Of a DNA stretch of 64,000 nucleotides, positions 13,401 to 26,858 are shown piece after piece. The notes beneath the pieces were generated by a model. The model made no database searches. It worked only from the letters and a program-made list of their open reading frames with translations, and was not told the DNA's origin. Where the stretch lies: assembly GCA_002633005.1 (NCBI GenBank), contig NMRA01000890.1, positions 25,742-89,741 of the forward strand, read 5' to 3'. The first letter of the stretch is position 1; each line of letters starts with the position of its first letter. Source of the DNA: Phoronis australis (taxonomy: Eukaryota; Animalia; Phoronida). A program made the translations under genes and the position numbers.

Positions 13401-16330
13401 ATTACAGTTTTTAATTATTTTTGTGTGAAACAAGTGGAGACTCACAATGTTGATTAGTAATACAACGTGTTTCCTAACTTAAATGATATCTCCTTATATG
13501 GCAGCACTTGGCACACTCCGACAGACACTTGTTTATATGCAGACATATTAGGCAGGGGTGTGTAATAGCCCAGGTTATGTTCAATGCACAGACTTTTACA
13601 TGTCAACAAACATGTAAGATTACTTTTCAAAAACACTCATGTTGAGCGGTTGTGAATAAAATCTGGATTGTTCCAAAACCCACTTGTTCTCCACTCCACT
13701 TGAACCCCATACCCCTTGACGCTCTCGACCTATGACCCCCTCAACTTACAACCCCGTCAACCCACAACCCCATCGACCGGCGACTGAGTACAGTTGACAC
13801 ATGCTCGAGAACATCTGAATGTGGAACTAATGCTGACTTGCAATACCAACGTGTATGGCTGTGAGCATGGCTGTTTTTTCCTTATTCTGCAATTAAGAGA
13901 GGCGATTTGGCAAGTTTGAAAGCTGAAATCAGAAAAACAACTTGACCAAATTAAATCAAAACCTATCAATGTTACAAATTGTCTCATTTCCGGCAGAGTG
14001 TAATCGTCTCACCTGCTCTTCAGTAAATGGCAGATTTAAGCTATTTTAGGGATAGTGTGAGAAGGCAAGGGATATGTAATTTCTTCCGTAAATACAGTTT
14101 GAAAAATCAAAGTGTTATTAACTAAAAAGCATCTCAAAGTTACAAGTATTACCATTGTAAGCCAGTATATGACTATAAGCAAATAGTAAAAATGTGAAAT
14201 TACCATATTATTTTCCTGAGTTTAGTACATCAGTGTCATTGGTAGCCGTTTGTGAAACTATTTCCATAACAATGACAGCACACTCACAATAAGTCATTTT
14301 AGATGAATCAGATGTTCTTACGGCCACCGGTCTTGAGTCTGAGCAGATTCATGGAGTCACAAGTGACGTATTTAGGTAAATGAAATGTGTGAGAAATGCA
14401 AGATACATTTGTTGTGGCTGGGTGTGGGCCGNTGGGGGTCGAAGGGATCGAGGGGGTTTTAGAACAATCCATAAAGTCTGGTTTCAACAGTGATCTTACA
14501 ATTAGTGTAAAACAAATGACATGGGTCGTTGAGTGTCCTTCTTGCAAATATCCTGACTTCCTCTTTCACATTGTTTTTTAGGTGTGGAAGTCTCTTCAAC
14601 ACACAGTTTATCAATAGAATGTGCCAAAGTGCTGAAGACTTAAACCTCAGTAGCAAAGTCAAGGCCGTCTTGAAGACTCTGACCGATGAATCCATATGTC
14701 GTATGCAATCCAACACTGCTGACACTGGGATTAAAAATCCTCGTGAAAATGTGACAAATTTAAACTCATCCCTTTGTAGGAAAGCAGGGCACACCATCAA
14801 CAAAACCTGTGTCCAGAGTCCGAATGGAGCTGTACTCAATTCTAGCATCCCAAGAGATACACCAGTGACTTGTTTGTCTGCTGTAAGTCTACCTAAGACT
14901 AGCTGTTCTGAGAATTCAGCTATCATTAATCCAGCTTCGACTACTGTTACAACCAGTGAGTCACAGTTTGATACCATCTTAGGGACGTCTGCACTTGCTG
15001 CTGGTGACGTGACGGTTACCACATGCAACCGCCAAACAGGACGAAAAAGGAAGTTTGAAGATATTTCTTCAAGTTCAGAGCAAGATTGGGGGGAAGAACC
15101 TCCATTTTACTGGAATCCTCAGTGGAGAAAGATGTCTGGGTTGAAACCACCAAGGTAGGTACATTACATAAAATTGTTCTGTGCTTTTTGGTACTGGACT
15201 AATGCCCATGATAACAAATGGTCTGGTACACGTACCAGCTGTTTGCAGGTGGCTTAGTTGGGCCTATTGCAGTGCATCAGCTGTAACCAGTTTTACAGTA
15301 TGTTTTATTACTAACCGAGCTGACAATATAGAGACCTGAATACGGCCACTCGATCTTGAGTTACTAAATAATTATTAAGAATTCCAGTCAGCAGAAATTA
15401 ATAAACATTAATCCCAGTAGGCCACACTCCCTCCCTTTCCTTGGTGAAAGGTCATGTGTGCTTTTATGATTAGCTTTGACTTGGGCTTGAGACCATTAAT
15501 GTTTTAGGGGCCCTTCTCCATCAATTGACCAATTGCTTGTCGTTGGATGACTGCACAAGGGAAGATTGATTGTGTTCTCTGTTGATGAAAGTATTCCTTA
15601 CTTGCTGTATTTCTATATGTAATGAGCTTTACCTTTGTCTTGACCAGAAACACTCCAGTGCTTAGAAGAGTGTCTTTGAATCTGCCTATACACAGCACTT
15701 CATTCTTCATTTTGCCTAATAAACCCTAAACAGCTTTCAAAATCAATCACGCATACTTAAATATTGGCAAAGTTTTGACACCCGCAGGTGTGGCTAAATC
15801 AATTATATCATTTTCCAAGGAATTCGTTTTTGTATTGGACAAGTTATTAAACCAATCTCCACCGCTTGTGTGCCTAGCTGTTTACTGATGAAATAGTGTT
15901 CCTTTTTGTCATCTCACTCTAAAAGTTAGCTATGCGCCTTACTGCCTTATCGCGGTACAAAATGCTCTTACTTTTTTATTTGATCTCAATAAATGGTCTG
16001 TTTCAATGCTAAATAAGAAGGCGCAACGTACTGCAAAATTCCCCACAGCCCTGCAGGGGTTTGACTCCAGTTTGTTGTGGAAAGTACTACACTTCATCAC
16101 CGCTGAAACGATGACACATTTTTGTTTTATCATCATCACAAAACAAAGCTTTTGACACTAAGAGTCTTAATTTATATTTTAGGTCATCCAAGCTTGTAGA
16201 GATTCTGCGCCAGGCTGGCTACCGTGCCAGTTTGACACATTTCGACCCGTGTGCAGCTCGTACAACTGCGAGTCTGACTCAAGTGAACGAACTATTACAG
16301 GAACACTGCGTAGCCGGAAGAAAACCGTAA
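4356..16330 (+). CDS. TRMT1L: TRMT1-like tRNA (guanine-N2) methyltransferase gene, 8 coding exons, intact when spliced
   Basis: Exons 4356-4483, 9098-9180, 9816-10062, 10950-11162, 11787-11977, 12951-13029, 14582-15154, 16183-16330. All introns are GT-AG with compatible phases. Motifs YFNRKMRTSR, CLDAFAASGISGLQW, VTVND, FDFVYLDPFG, VTSTD, ELGPMWCGSLFN, GYRASLTHFDP match the Trm1 family, TRMT1L type. Confidence 0.93.
4564..7425. mobile_element. 2.86 kb non-autonomous TIR transposon (hAT-like TAG termini, 7-bp TSD) in TRMT1L intron 1
   Basis: 16-bp TIR: tagggaggacagcatt at 4564 and aatgctgtcctcgcta ending at 7425 (1 mismatch). Flanking direct repeat gtccaag at 4557-4563 and 7426-7432. Confidence 0.8.
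5398..5698. repeat. Four-copy ~70-bp minisatellite with conserved core and variable linkers
   Basis: Core catcctcaaggaagggggccaaaccctttc recurs at about 5398, 5500, 5572 and 5642. Confidence 0.85.
9098..9180 (+). CDS. TRMT1L: TRMT1L exon 2 (SAM-binding motif I)
   Basis: ttttgaag acceptor; ELCLCALKLLCSERELPVRCLDAFAAS; gtaaga donor. Confidence 0.9.
9816..10062 (+). CDS. TRMT1L: TRMT1L exon 3
   Basis: tttccag acceptor; GISGLQWKK...VTVND...QFDF; gtaata donor. Confidence 0.9.
10673..10913. mobile_element. PIF/Harbinger-type MITE
   Basis: TIR gggcctgtttcaagaaactgact / agtcagttttgttggaacgggccc; CTG TSD on both sides (CWG target). Confidence 0.8.
10950..11162 (+). CDS. TRMT1L: TRMT1L exon 4
   Basis: tttttag acceptor; YLDPFGTAVQYLDVAF...VTSTDLGALYG...RRNYGA; gttagt donor. 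Confidence 0.92.
11787..11977 (+). CDS. TRMT1L: TRMT1L exon 5
   Basis: ttgcag acceptor; SAAKANKGIDVVFA...VRVLRGPKHAD...CRMC; gtgaaa donor. Confidence 0.92.
12951..13029 (+). CDS. TRMT1L: TRMT1L exon 6
   Basis: ttttcag acceptor; NPYRLLGCHC...AIELGPMW; gtgagt donor. Confidence 0.9.
13665..14470. mobile_element. MuDR/Mutator-like non-autonomous element (spans an N join)
   Basis: TIR ggattgttccaaaacc / ggttttagaacaatcc; 9-bp TSD ataaaatct / ataaagtct; C-rich and G-rich subterminal repeats. Confidence 0.7.
14582..15154 (+). CDS. TRMT1L: TRMT1L exon 7
   Basis: tttttag acceptor; CGSLFNTQFINRM, a long S/T-rich stretch, GRKRK, PPFYW; gtaggt donor. Confidence 0.9.
16183..16330 (+). CDS. TRMT1L: TRMT1L exon 8 (terminal)
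   Basis: attttag acceptor; SKLVEILRQAGYRASLTHFDPCAARTTA...KP then TAA. Confidence 0.92.
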
Positions 16331-19300
16331 TATGAAATGTTAAACATTTCTGTGGGTTGAAGAAATAAGATAATTGTAACTAGTCTTGGGTTTCTGTTAC
16401 AGATGATAAGACTGTTATGACTGGTTAGTTTTTTAGGGAATGCTTGCTTTTGTAGTAGAATGCTCTTGGTGATTCAAAGTCTTTGCAAATTAAAACCATG
16501 TTTAAAGTGACACTACGACCATGGTTTATGACAAAAATATTTTGATCAAGTCCTCTTCCCGGTGTGGAATTGACCTTGTCTAGTTCCTTGCACAGTTCAG
16601 TAGTTCTGGTCTGGGGAAGGACTGGCCAAATTCGTAAAATTTCAGCTCACGCCCACATACATTTTGACTAGGAAAAAAATTGAAGTCATATTCATAATGC
16701 TAAGTGGCCTCAATCGAAACTTGTTTAGACAACAAAATCACGGATTAGTGTAGTTTTAAGGTTTTCTCTTGGAGTGGCAAAGTTGTGCTGCTCCAGTGGT
16801 AATATGCATGTAAGAACAGTTAATATTTTCAATTGTCGAATTGTACGCATCGCAGTTAGTCATGCAGGCAACTGACCTTTAACATGGGAATGTGGAAACG
16901 TGAAGTGTCTTTGAATCTTTCAAATGTCTGACAGCAGGCAATAGAGAGAATAAGGACAGCTTACTGGTACACTGCACATGTATATCAAAAGTAGCCGAAC
17001 GTAACTTCGGAAACAGGGTCCATATAAACAGAAAGTGCCTCTTGGTGGTGGTTAGGCAGGCACTAATATGTCTTCAAAAGTGGAATTTAATAAAAAAAAA
17101 AACGTGATAACATGCTGTAGTCCCGCAATTTTACATGTGGAGTTGGACAATATCATGTCAAGATAGCCTCTAAAAACTGACCCACATTGCGATACACAGT
17201 GAACGTGAATACAGGCTTGGTTTGACTGGTCGCCGCTGGCTGTTCATTTAAGGAAACCTTACCTACCTTGAGGACGGTCATTATTGGGCCTAGTACATGT
17301 AACTATGTAGGTTTAACTTATATCTTGAAGTCAATAATTTTCCATATTGTCATCGTAAACACTTTTTGAAAACCTTTCCGAGAAGTAAGGTACATGCAGA
17401 TCTCGTCGTTATTTGAACTTGTTTGCAAGTCACTATTTTAGCACTTCACCACCGACACGTCAACGAACTGGAGTCTTTTTTAAAAGCCCCCTGGTGTCAT
17501 CGGGATTCAGTTGCCACATTTATTTCAAATGGCAGTTGAAGGTAGACCTGCGTCAAAGCTTCGCAGCTCCCACCATCATGCTACTGTGCAAAAGGTGTTT
17601 TCACAGGCCAAATTGGTCACTGGTTTTCAATTTACCGCCAGGCCCGAAAGAAAGTAAATATCATTTTTGACCCAAAACCTATCCGATTTCGCAAAAACCT
17701 TCACCTCCAGTCGTGGTTTCAGCTGTCCACTTACATGTACGCCTATTGACAACATGTTCCCCTTGGTCGTCGCCAGTTTCATGCCCAACTCACAGGGGTG
17801 CAGGTTTTGCTGAGAAAACACCCCGGCCGGAGATGCAGCTACCAGAATGCCTCAACGAAAATTCCTGATAAAAAGTCACATTTTAGACTTGAATACACAT
17901 TGCGCATTCAGAGCATGGTTTTGAGCTCAACATGAATATTTTTATGATCTTAGCTTCATCCGAGATGATGAAGTGTCAAATCTGAAAGACAATACATGTA
18001 CCACCTTGGGATTCAGACTTGATGGAACATCGTCTCAAAAACGTCGGTTCTTGTTGCGCGTATTTGATATTGAAAATAGGGCCTACAGACAAGACTCACT
18101 TTAGTAGCGTTGAGTTTTTGAAAAATTGATTTTGATATTGTCATCCTTTGAGAATGCAGTTGATGAGGATGTGGTTGCAGTCCCCGGGGATTTTGATTTA
18201 TGGCTTGTTGGTCCCATAACGTGGCTGTCAAAAAATCAAGACTTCGGCTTTATTTTAAGGATTGTTGAGGTCTTCGTGTGGCAGCAAATTTATCGACTAA
18301 ACGGCCTTCAAAAGAATATCTCAGACGTGTAGCTAATAGAATAAAGAAACAGAAATTGCGAGATCAGTGGGGATTATCTGTGAATATTGCAGCGGTCTCT
18401 GTGAATATTGCACCGGTCTCTGCGAAAATTACTATTTTCCACAAAAAACTGTCGCTTTCTCCCATGTAATGTGATTGTCTAATAACGAAGGGTCTTCTCT
18501 ACTAATTTATAAGAGTTTTAATTTATAAACAGGAAACCCTATGAGCATGTAATGAATGTCATGGTAAAGAAGTCATAAGAGAGGAGTTAAAAAAAACTGA
18601 TATGAATGCATCATGGTGTGTCCTCGTTTTGAAACGACACGATTTTCAAGTTTGCGAACTCATCCTTAGTTTCGTTTGCCGAGTGACGCACACACTGAGG
18701 AACTGGAAAGTCACGAGATAATGTCATGACTGAAAGAAGGTTCCTAACCCGCAAAATGACTGTGTGCACTTGGTCACATGAGACCCTCATCACAGGAACC
18801 CCTGCACGCTTATGGTCTGTTCCCTAGTAAATATGGCGTCACTCATCGCCGTTGTAGCACACAGAAGTCAGACGGGGGATTTGATGCAGGGAATCTTATT
18901 CAGAATTTAGGAACACACAGCTTTATGTTGAAACATTTCGGCTCACAAAATAGCCCTTGGTTTACACTTTGGTAGAGGCACACTTGTATTAGGGAGAAGC
19001 AAATATATTTTGTGAAAGAGAGAACTCTGGGGCGTTTCCGTCAAATGGTTGCGCTAAGTTCAAGCGCATTGTCTTGACACAAAATGGAACTGGTCAACTG
19101 CTATACCACCGTGCCACGTGGTCCCACGAGATCTGCTTACCACCAACTGGAAAATATGTCGCATATTCAAACCACTATCGCGAATTCTGTTCTGTTTTAA
19201 CTGCTGGGACCGAGTAAGTTCTCTATTATTCTTACAGAATGCATGGAAACACGGTTTTGGGAATTGTTTGTACACTGACGATTTGGCATACACAAACGTA

Positions 19301-21744
19301 GGTTTGATATGAAACTTAGCTGTTTTACTTTCCAAAGACAGCTCCAACAACTTTGAACTCTGTTTAAGTTTACTAACGGGTCAATTAGACTGTTTTGTCA
19401 GCTTCCAAATATTTGGTGTGGGAAGATACATGTACGACATACACCATATCGCTGTTCAAGTGCTCGAGACGAAGCTCTGCCAGTTACATGTAGCTGGTCG
19501 ATCACGGCTTGTAGTTTACTGTGCCTACTGTAGCATGATTTCGATCAAAAACGGACTAGTCAGTTATATGTCCATTACTGTAGCCCACAGGTATAAGCGT
19601 ATCGGACAGGTGACATGCTGGGGGAAATTGCTCCCAAATTAGAACAGAGTTATAAAAAATGCCTTAAAATCACGAAAAGCGGGGGAATAATTAATATTTT
19701 CTTAGGAAAAATTATGATTTGATTATCCCCCAATCAACAAAATACGCTATGCACTTAACCTAAATGTACAAGCCACGTCTCACCTTAGTAAAGAACGTGT
19801 TGCAGCCCGCTTTATGAGTTTGATATTGCTTATAAATCCGATAAAAAGTGACTGTTTTCATGATGAGCACAACTCACCACTGTTGGAAGGAGAAACAATA
19901 CGTTCCAGCTATAAAAGGCATGATATTCCACCATGTGAATTAATGTAGGAATGTTTGTTCGAAATGTGATAAAACCTGAGATACGATTGTGTGCTATAGG
20001 TGCAGGAAACACAGGTCAGGTAGGAGCGATTCAGGCTCTCTGATGTTAGAAAAAATGCCCCCGTGAGAAGTAGGGGGTTAAATTGTTGTCGCCAGGTGGG
20101 GATGGAGGTGTGCAACGCTCCTATGTTCTTGCTTCACTGAGGAAAAACCTATCATATTCTCAAACCGCTTGCTTCGTCCACATTCTCGTATGACCGAGAA
20201 AATTCGCTTTGGTTCTGCAGTGCAATAACTTTTAACCACCAAACATGATGTCAACAACGGCTACTAAACAAAATGTTCCGCATTAACGAGTGCAACATAA
20301 AACACTGTCAGTTGAGAGGGGACATGAATAACCTTGTTGGTCTCAACGGTTTAGACAAACATCCCTCCAAAACAGTTGTATAGGAAATCAAGTCCGGTTT
20401 TGACCCATCAAAATTTCTAGCAACATTTGAAAATTCCTTCCCAAGTCTGCGACAGAGGCAAACGTAACCGACTTTGGCTTTACAGACCCCCAACTAAGAA
20501 CCATATTAGCTACTATGTGACAAAGCGAGTACAAGTTTTTAGTTGAATCACACTTTTATTAAACAAGTGGGACGACATTTGCTGAACTTATCAAAACATG
20601 ATGTTGCATCCTTTAAAGGGATCACCCTATTCTTGAATTTTATGTATCAAACATAATAATTCTTTGCAACAAACGTTAGCAGTCCATTCTGTAATCTCAA
20701 CCTTTAGCACACCGGGACGTATTACGCTTAGCGAAGTTTGTCGTCAGTTTGAACACAATTATGACGGCTGCAGACTACAGGCCGTAACAGCTGATCAATC
20801 ATCAATTTTGGGTCAGTAAGCCTTCCGTCCGAGATTAATCGTGATGCAATGTTTCGAGTGTAATGTAGGTCTTTGTGAGTTCGGTTTCCCATGGCAATCA
20901 TCTTTGTCCTTGCATGGGCTACTTGCAATCTACAAAAATAACTGGGAAAGACGGAGATATCAGTTTTGCAACCTCTCCTTTGGCCCCTGGGCCAGAAACT
21001 TCGGTGAAAATGTAGCCGGATGATCCATCAGCGCCCCCTTGCAGACCCGTATTATGTGACGATGCATCTCACTGGAGGCAAAAATATTACAAACCATTGA
21101 ATATAAATCTCCGTGTTCATGAGAACAGTCACACTGTATTGCAAGGTTGGTGGATTTTCCGGGGCGCAACATCTTCAATTATTAACAAGACGTAAGCGTA
21201 CATGTACATGTACATGTATAACGTGGTTACGAAATGTGCTGCTGCACTTGTAAATTCCATTTCCCTCAACAATCAACAGGAATCTCGACAAGTACATGTA
21301 GGAAACAATCCAAGTGATAACTCCACTAGTAAATGTTTAGGGCTCAATATTAAAGGTAAAGGCAACCTTTTTCATGTCATTTTTAGCAAAAATAGGGTTC
21401 GTTGATTACCCCAGACATATTTTTCACTTATTTACAGCTTTTCGTAACTTAATTAATTACCCGTCGTCTACTCCGGAAGTGACGTTCTGGGAGGCAAGAA
21501 TTTCGCGCCAATTTCTTTCCATACAGTCTGACTGTGAGAGCAGTCGAGTCAGTCATTGTTCTACCTCCGTTGTGATAAGTTCGGTCGTCGTTTGCTTCTG
21601 TTTACGAGTCAGTTTTGGATGGCAGGAGTAGCAGACGCCAAATCAGAAGACTCAAAAACAATAAAAATGGACAATACAGTAGGTGCTGCAAAATTACACG
21701 AATCGAACCGAAAACCAGTGGATAGCGTCAACTCGCTGATACAT

Positions 21745-22090
21745 GCAGATGCTTGTCTGCCAAATTTTATGAAAGTCCCTTGTGGAACATTGAAGATACA
21801 GAAGTAAAAGTAAAAAAATAAAATTGCCATTAGGGGGCACACTGGTAGTCCAATATATCCGAAAATTGTGTTTTTTATTGTCATGTTCATGTAAATGCAC
21901 TTGCTAAATTTAATAAAGATCCTGCAGAGGGGATGGGGTACAGCATTGAGTATAAAATGACAGTGGGAGGCACCACGTCAGCCCTCCTCTTCATATTTAG
22001 AACATTCATGCCAATTTTCACAGTTATTCTTAGAGTGGTTTGGTTGACAGAGGCATTTTAGCTATGGTAGTACGCTACAGAAACTGGAAT
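21745..22090. repeat. Fragment of Helentron/HINE-like repeat family
   Basis: Shares aaattgcca.tagggggc, ccaaattt.atgaa and aataaagatcctgcag motifs with 31.9, 37.9-40.3 and 41.2 kb. Confidence 0.5.
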
Positions 22091-23604
22091 ATTGTTAGCT
22101 GACTCGTGTTCGTGTTTGTTTGCGAAAAAAGAAAATAAACAAATATTGGAATAATCGGAATTGTTTATTATAAACTCACCACGGAGGTACTGTAGTGTTG
22201 GTACATAACTTTTAAACAACTTCAGTGGATAATTCATCTACAAAATAAAAAATATGAATAAAAAACAAATTGATAAAATAAAAAAACGGGCATTTAAAAA
22301 GGGTTTTAAAAATTCCGTATAGATGATTGGTCCACAACAACGAAAGGTTGGATACCGACTGGATACCGGGAACGCGAAATGAAATTTAAAAAATTCTGTA
22401 AGTGGCGAGTTAAGAAAATGATAACTAAAAGAAAAAAGTAGTATTTAAAAAGTCTTTAATGAATTCTCGGTATAGACGGCTGGTGTAAAACAACGAAAGG
22501 CTGGATACCGAGTACGTGAAACAAAATTAAAAAAGAATCTTCCTAACAGACGGGTTAAAAATTGAAATTTCAAACGCGTGTCCTAGAGACAGAATGAGAT
22601 CACTTACCGAAAATATACTGGTCCTCACTTCCAAATCGTTTCTCTCCTTGTGTAGACAGAGAATATACAGTGTTTAGTGTTAAGTAACCTACAGTGTACT
22701 AACAGACCTTCGTCAAGCGAACTGATTTTTACATGAAAATAATAAAGGCATCGAGGACTCGCCCCGATCACGCGATCGTTCGCTCAGACAATTATGTGCG
22801 ATCCAGTAACGGTGTCTTATAATGTCCTTCGTTATTAAGAAACCTTTAAGAAATAGGTTTCTTTTCACGAAATTAATTGTCACTTTGGTTTAAAATATAC
22901 TTATCTGACCCAGCATGAAGAAAGATATGTATCTGTAAGTGAAAATTTTATTAGAAAACCTGTGTTATCAAACGCGTTGATTATTTGATATGACACGTGT
23001 CTAGTCCGAGACAGAGGAGAATATTTGAAGAAAGCTTGTGTAAGAAAATTTACGTAATCAAGTACGTTACTTCATGGGAAACGTCTCAAGTTCCACAGCA
23101 CTTAAGCACAAAGGGAGATATTACGCTCACGCTTGGTTTGTTGAAGTTGGAATTCGAAGGGGACCACTTATTACAATGCGCTTAGCTACTGAAAAAGTGG
23201 GGCGGACTACGATCAATCTCATTTTATCTCAGGCTTTAAATGAGTACGACGGTACCACGATTACTACGGCAGAGAAATGAAATCGACAAAGCGAGGGATT
23301 TCAAAGTGCCTTGTTTTTAATATTGTTAGTTTAGTATTGTCGGTAACTGCTATCTGCTGATGAAAGATGTGAGATGCAGGATATCACAAGGGGGAGGGCA
23401 ACATTTTTTCTGTAAACATTTGCGCAAAGCACGATTGTAGATGCGCATAGCACCGAATGGGGGAGGTCGGGAGGCCTGTTAGGAAAATTTTTCTGTTTTT
23501 TTCCTAAAAATCAATCATTTTCCTTGATTCCTGAAGTATTCTCCAAGAAAAAAGAGGCACAGCAAAAAAAAACGAAGAACGCGTCAAAGTTGAAACACTG
23601 CTAT

Positions 23605-23670
23605 CACCTCAGACTCGAACTCACGACCTAGCGGATAGAGCGCGCATGCTTTACCACTGCACCACCACGA
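23605..23670 (-). mobile_element. tRNA-derived SINE head or tRNA pseudogene
   Basis: Minus strand has A box tggtgcagtggta and B box gagttcgagtc at tRNA-like spacing; no clean cloverleaf. Confidence 0.55.
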
Positions 23671-24339
23671 TTTCACTTGCGCGATTAGTCTAAGAGACCT
23701 ACATGTACTTGTTTATGGTCCACAGCGTTTTTGTAATGCTTACATGTGTATTACACTTTTTATAATTTGTGCAATCACTTCGTAACAAATTTGCTGTATT
23801 TAAAATAGTCTTCAATTGCCCAATAAAACCAAATCCGTTTTTTGGGTTGGCATTAATGACACGATTGCTTTCGAAATCGTCTTTTAACTTAAAAGNTGTT
23901 TAGTACTAGGCTTGTGAACGTACGGTCGAGATTTATAAAGGAATAACTCGTAACCAGTCTTCAGCCTATCGTCGCATCGAAAGCTATTAGCACCGGTCTG
24001 TAGCAACCCCCACCCACTCACACAAGGGAAAAAACGTGACAATATCGCCATCGGAAGATCTGGCAATTCGTTTTTAATTCAGACCATGTTCTACAATTGG
24101 GCTTGTCACGGAGTGTCATTTTCGTGTCGATTATGGTTTCAAGGAAACATTCTATGCCCGCATTGAATTCATTTCCTATCAGTGTGAGATACAAAATTAT
24201 TCCGGTAAGGTACTTAACTAGCTAGTGTTTCGGGCTCCCTGATACCAGATAAACCCCCAAAAACAACTGTGGCAAATGCCCCCAGTGTGCATGTCTTCAA
24301 GCAGAATTACTGGGACTTTGTGTATGCTTCGGGACTTTA

Positions 24340-24582
24340 GGTCTCCGTTCATCATTTTTTTACTCTATTTTATCTTATTTTCCATCTTATTGTACACGTT
24401 AACTAATTTTGATACTAATTCATTACTTATTCATCATTTCATTCTTATTGTACATAGCTCTCTGTATTTCACTTCATGTAATTGTTTCCGACTGGGCCCC
24501 CTTGAAAATCAGTATATTCACTGAAGGGGTCACCCAATCTTTTAAAGAAGTTTAAAGAAATGAAAATAAATAAATAAATAAA
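24340..24582 (+). mobile_element. 3' end of an L2/Crack-type LINE or its partner SINE
   Basis: T-rich UTR, terminal stem-loop tgggcccccttgaaaatcag...ctgaaggggtcaccca, then a (TAAA)n tail. Confidence 0.6.
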
Positions 24583-25849
24583 AATATGGCTACTTGGGGT
24601 GAACGCCTGTTCATATTTCTGAATTTTATCTGTGTAGCTCTACGACCCAGTTAACTTAATGTTTTCGAAACAAATAACTTCTTAATGAGTCGTTATGACT
24701 AAAGTGTGGGGCGACTAGAGCCTCGTTTATAAATGTGTGATGGTGTTTACATCCGAGTGTATATTTCCACCCCTGTGCAAATTTACGCAACATGTGTGTT
24801 TTTGCTATATGAGCACAAAGTCACTCTGTTGAAAAGAGTGTACACCTCAACCAGAGGTCATGTAAATTTAAATTCACACAAAACACGTGCAAATAAATAG
24901 AGAGTCCTACACTTCTCTCAGATTGATGACATGGGCAAAACCACTTGGAAATTTTGTCAAAATCCCGAAGCTTGAACCGTAGAAACGATCTTTTTGCTGA
25001 AAAACTCGCCGTGTGTAAAACTTTCAACCACATGATACCGCTTTTGTAAAAACATGCTTGCGCATTGTGAAATAAACCCAGTTACATTTTGTTTTAGTTT
25101 TACTTAAAACTTAACAATTATAAATTATATTCAGCTTTCGTAAGAAACATTCAAGTTATAATCTAATAAATAATCTTTGAAGTTGTGATATTAAAAGTTT
25201 ACAAAACTCTATAAATAACAGTCGGCTAGGTTTACCCGCGCTTGAGTACTGAATTGACCTTGAGACAGCAATGAGCACAGCTAGTCTCATATCGTTTCTT
25301 GAGTTTGAGTTCGTCTCTGTTTGAATGAACGCGGATATGGAATTCGCCGACGGAGATGGACCCGTTTAAGAGCTCTATTGCATGTCCTTCAGACTTAGAG
25401 TACTGACAGTTGCGACAACCGCTTTGTCAATCATAAACTTGTCACCTTCACAGAATTACGCATTGTTTGATTAGCGCACGTTTGGTTGTTTTGGTGTTTT
25501 GCAGACGACAAAATTAACCTACATGTAGGGCGCATGGATTTCTACTTTGCACTACCTTGTGATCCGACAATGTAATATCAAGGAAATATGTACGCTGTTA
25601 TTAACCAGTCGTGTCGTAACACATCCCTTATCGTATGGGAAATTGTATTTTCCTGGCACACGTGAGTAAACCCGATATAAATTCTGCGCATGGGTGTAAA
25701 ATCAAGATCCGACTCCGACAAAAGGGCCATGGCAAAATTATTTCTGTTATATCACTTTATTTAAAGCTACCTTATTTCTTTGTAAATTTTTAAAGGATCC
25801 ACTTTTGAAACTTGTGATTTGGTACATGTGTATGCCCTTTTGTTTGATA

Positions 25850-25851
<2 letters not shown>

Positions 25852-25900
<49 letters not shown>

Positions 25901-25982
25901 TACTGCTGCTGCTGCTGCTGCTTCTGCTGTTACTGTTACTGGTCTTGCTGGTGCTGTTCATGCTGTTGCTGCTGCTGCTGCT
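25852..25982. repeat. (CTG)n microsatellite, imperfect
   Basis: Direct reading, about 130 bp. Confidence 0.95.
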
Positions 25983-26730
25983 CTAGTAACACGTATTTCA
26001 AAAGTCTGTGATGCGAGTCCCTCAAAAATGCTGTTGACAAAAGATCAATACGGTAGGAGGAACAGTATTTCTAAAATATCTGTTCAAAGTAATTTTTCAC
26101 TATAGAACGCATATCTCGTGAAAAAATAAAGACAAATTAACAAGATTAATGCATTTTCTTATAAACTTCATTCACCTTTCAGAAAATATCTATAAGGAAC
26201 TACATAACGTTTTGAGAATGAGACGTGTTTGCAAGACAAAATATTGACCCATTCTAGTACCAAGGAGACCTATCACCTCCTACATGTACATTGTACATGT
26301 TTGTATTGATGCGCGAACTGTGCATGAACAAGTGGCAACTTGTTTGTTAATGCTAGTAAGAAGGGTGTGCAGAAGGCTACTTTGATTGGAGAGCTGAGAC
26401 CTTCCTTTAACAAGTTATTTGGGTCCAGATACATACTGTCCCCAGCATGGCACAAGAGTTTTTACAGCGTCAGTTAACAAACAAGGCACCACGTGAACCT
26501 GAGTTCTCACAACTTGGATTTACTTCAACCCGTCAAAGGAGGCGAATGGTATTGGAGGTACTATTAACATGTAATATATTCTGTCCAACAGGCAAATATC
26601 TCAATAAGAAATGCACCCAGTTGATATATCAACAACGAAGCTTCCCATTAGTTAGACATGCCATGGAGTTTCCGATATCATTATGTCCCTCAATGCAACT
26701 TCACTCATTTAACAAAAACTGATTACATAC

Positions 26731-26858
26731 TTGACTCCCTTTTGTCCAATCAGATTTGCATTTATCTCCAGGCTATGGACACATTTCTTGCTAGCTGCGT
26801 CCTCCAATACCTCAAAGTCATCAAAGTTAAGAAGTATCTTCGAAGTTTCCTGAGGACC
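26731..26858 (-). CDS. CUB domain exon b
   Basis: GPQETSKILLNFDDFEVLED...CVHSLEI...IGQKG; ccacag acceptor and gtatgt donor. Confidence 0.85.

Noticed and set aside
14459-15028. 189-aa minus-strand ORF
   Set aside because: Antisense shadow of TRMT1L exon 7.
17250-21200. Coding-like decayed sequence, possibly a spliced transposase (e.g. NAWKHGFGNCLYTDD)
   Set aside because: No motif set or termini that I could assign confidently without a profile search.
25767-26011. Poly-Cys and poly-Ser ORFs
   Set aside because: Translations of a CTG microsatellite; no splice or homology support.
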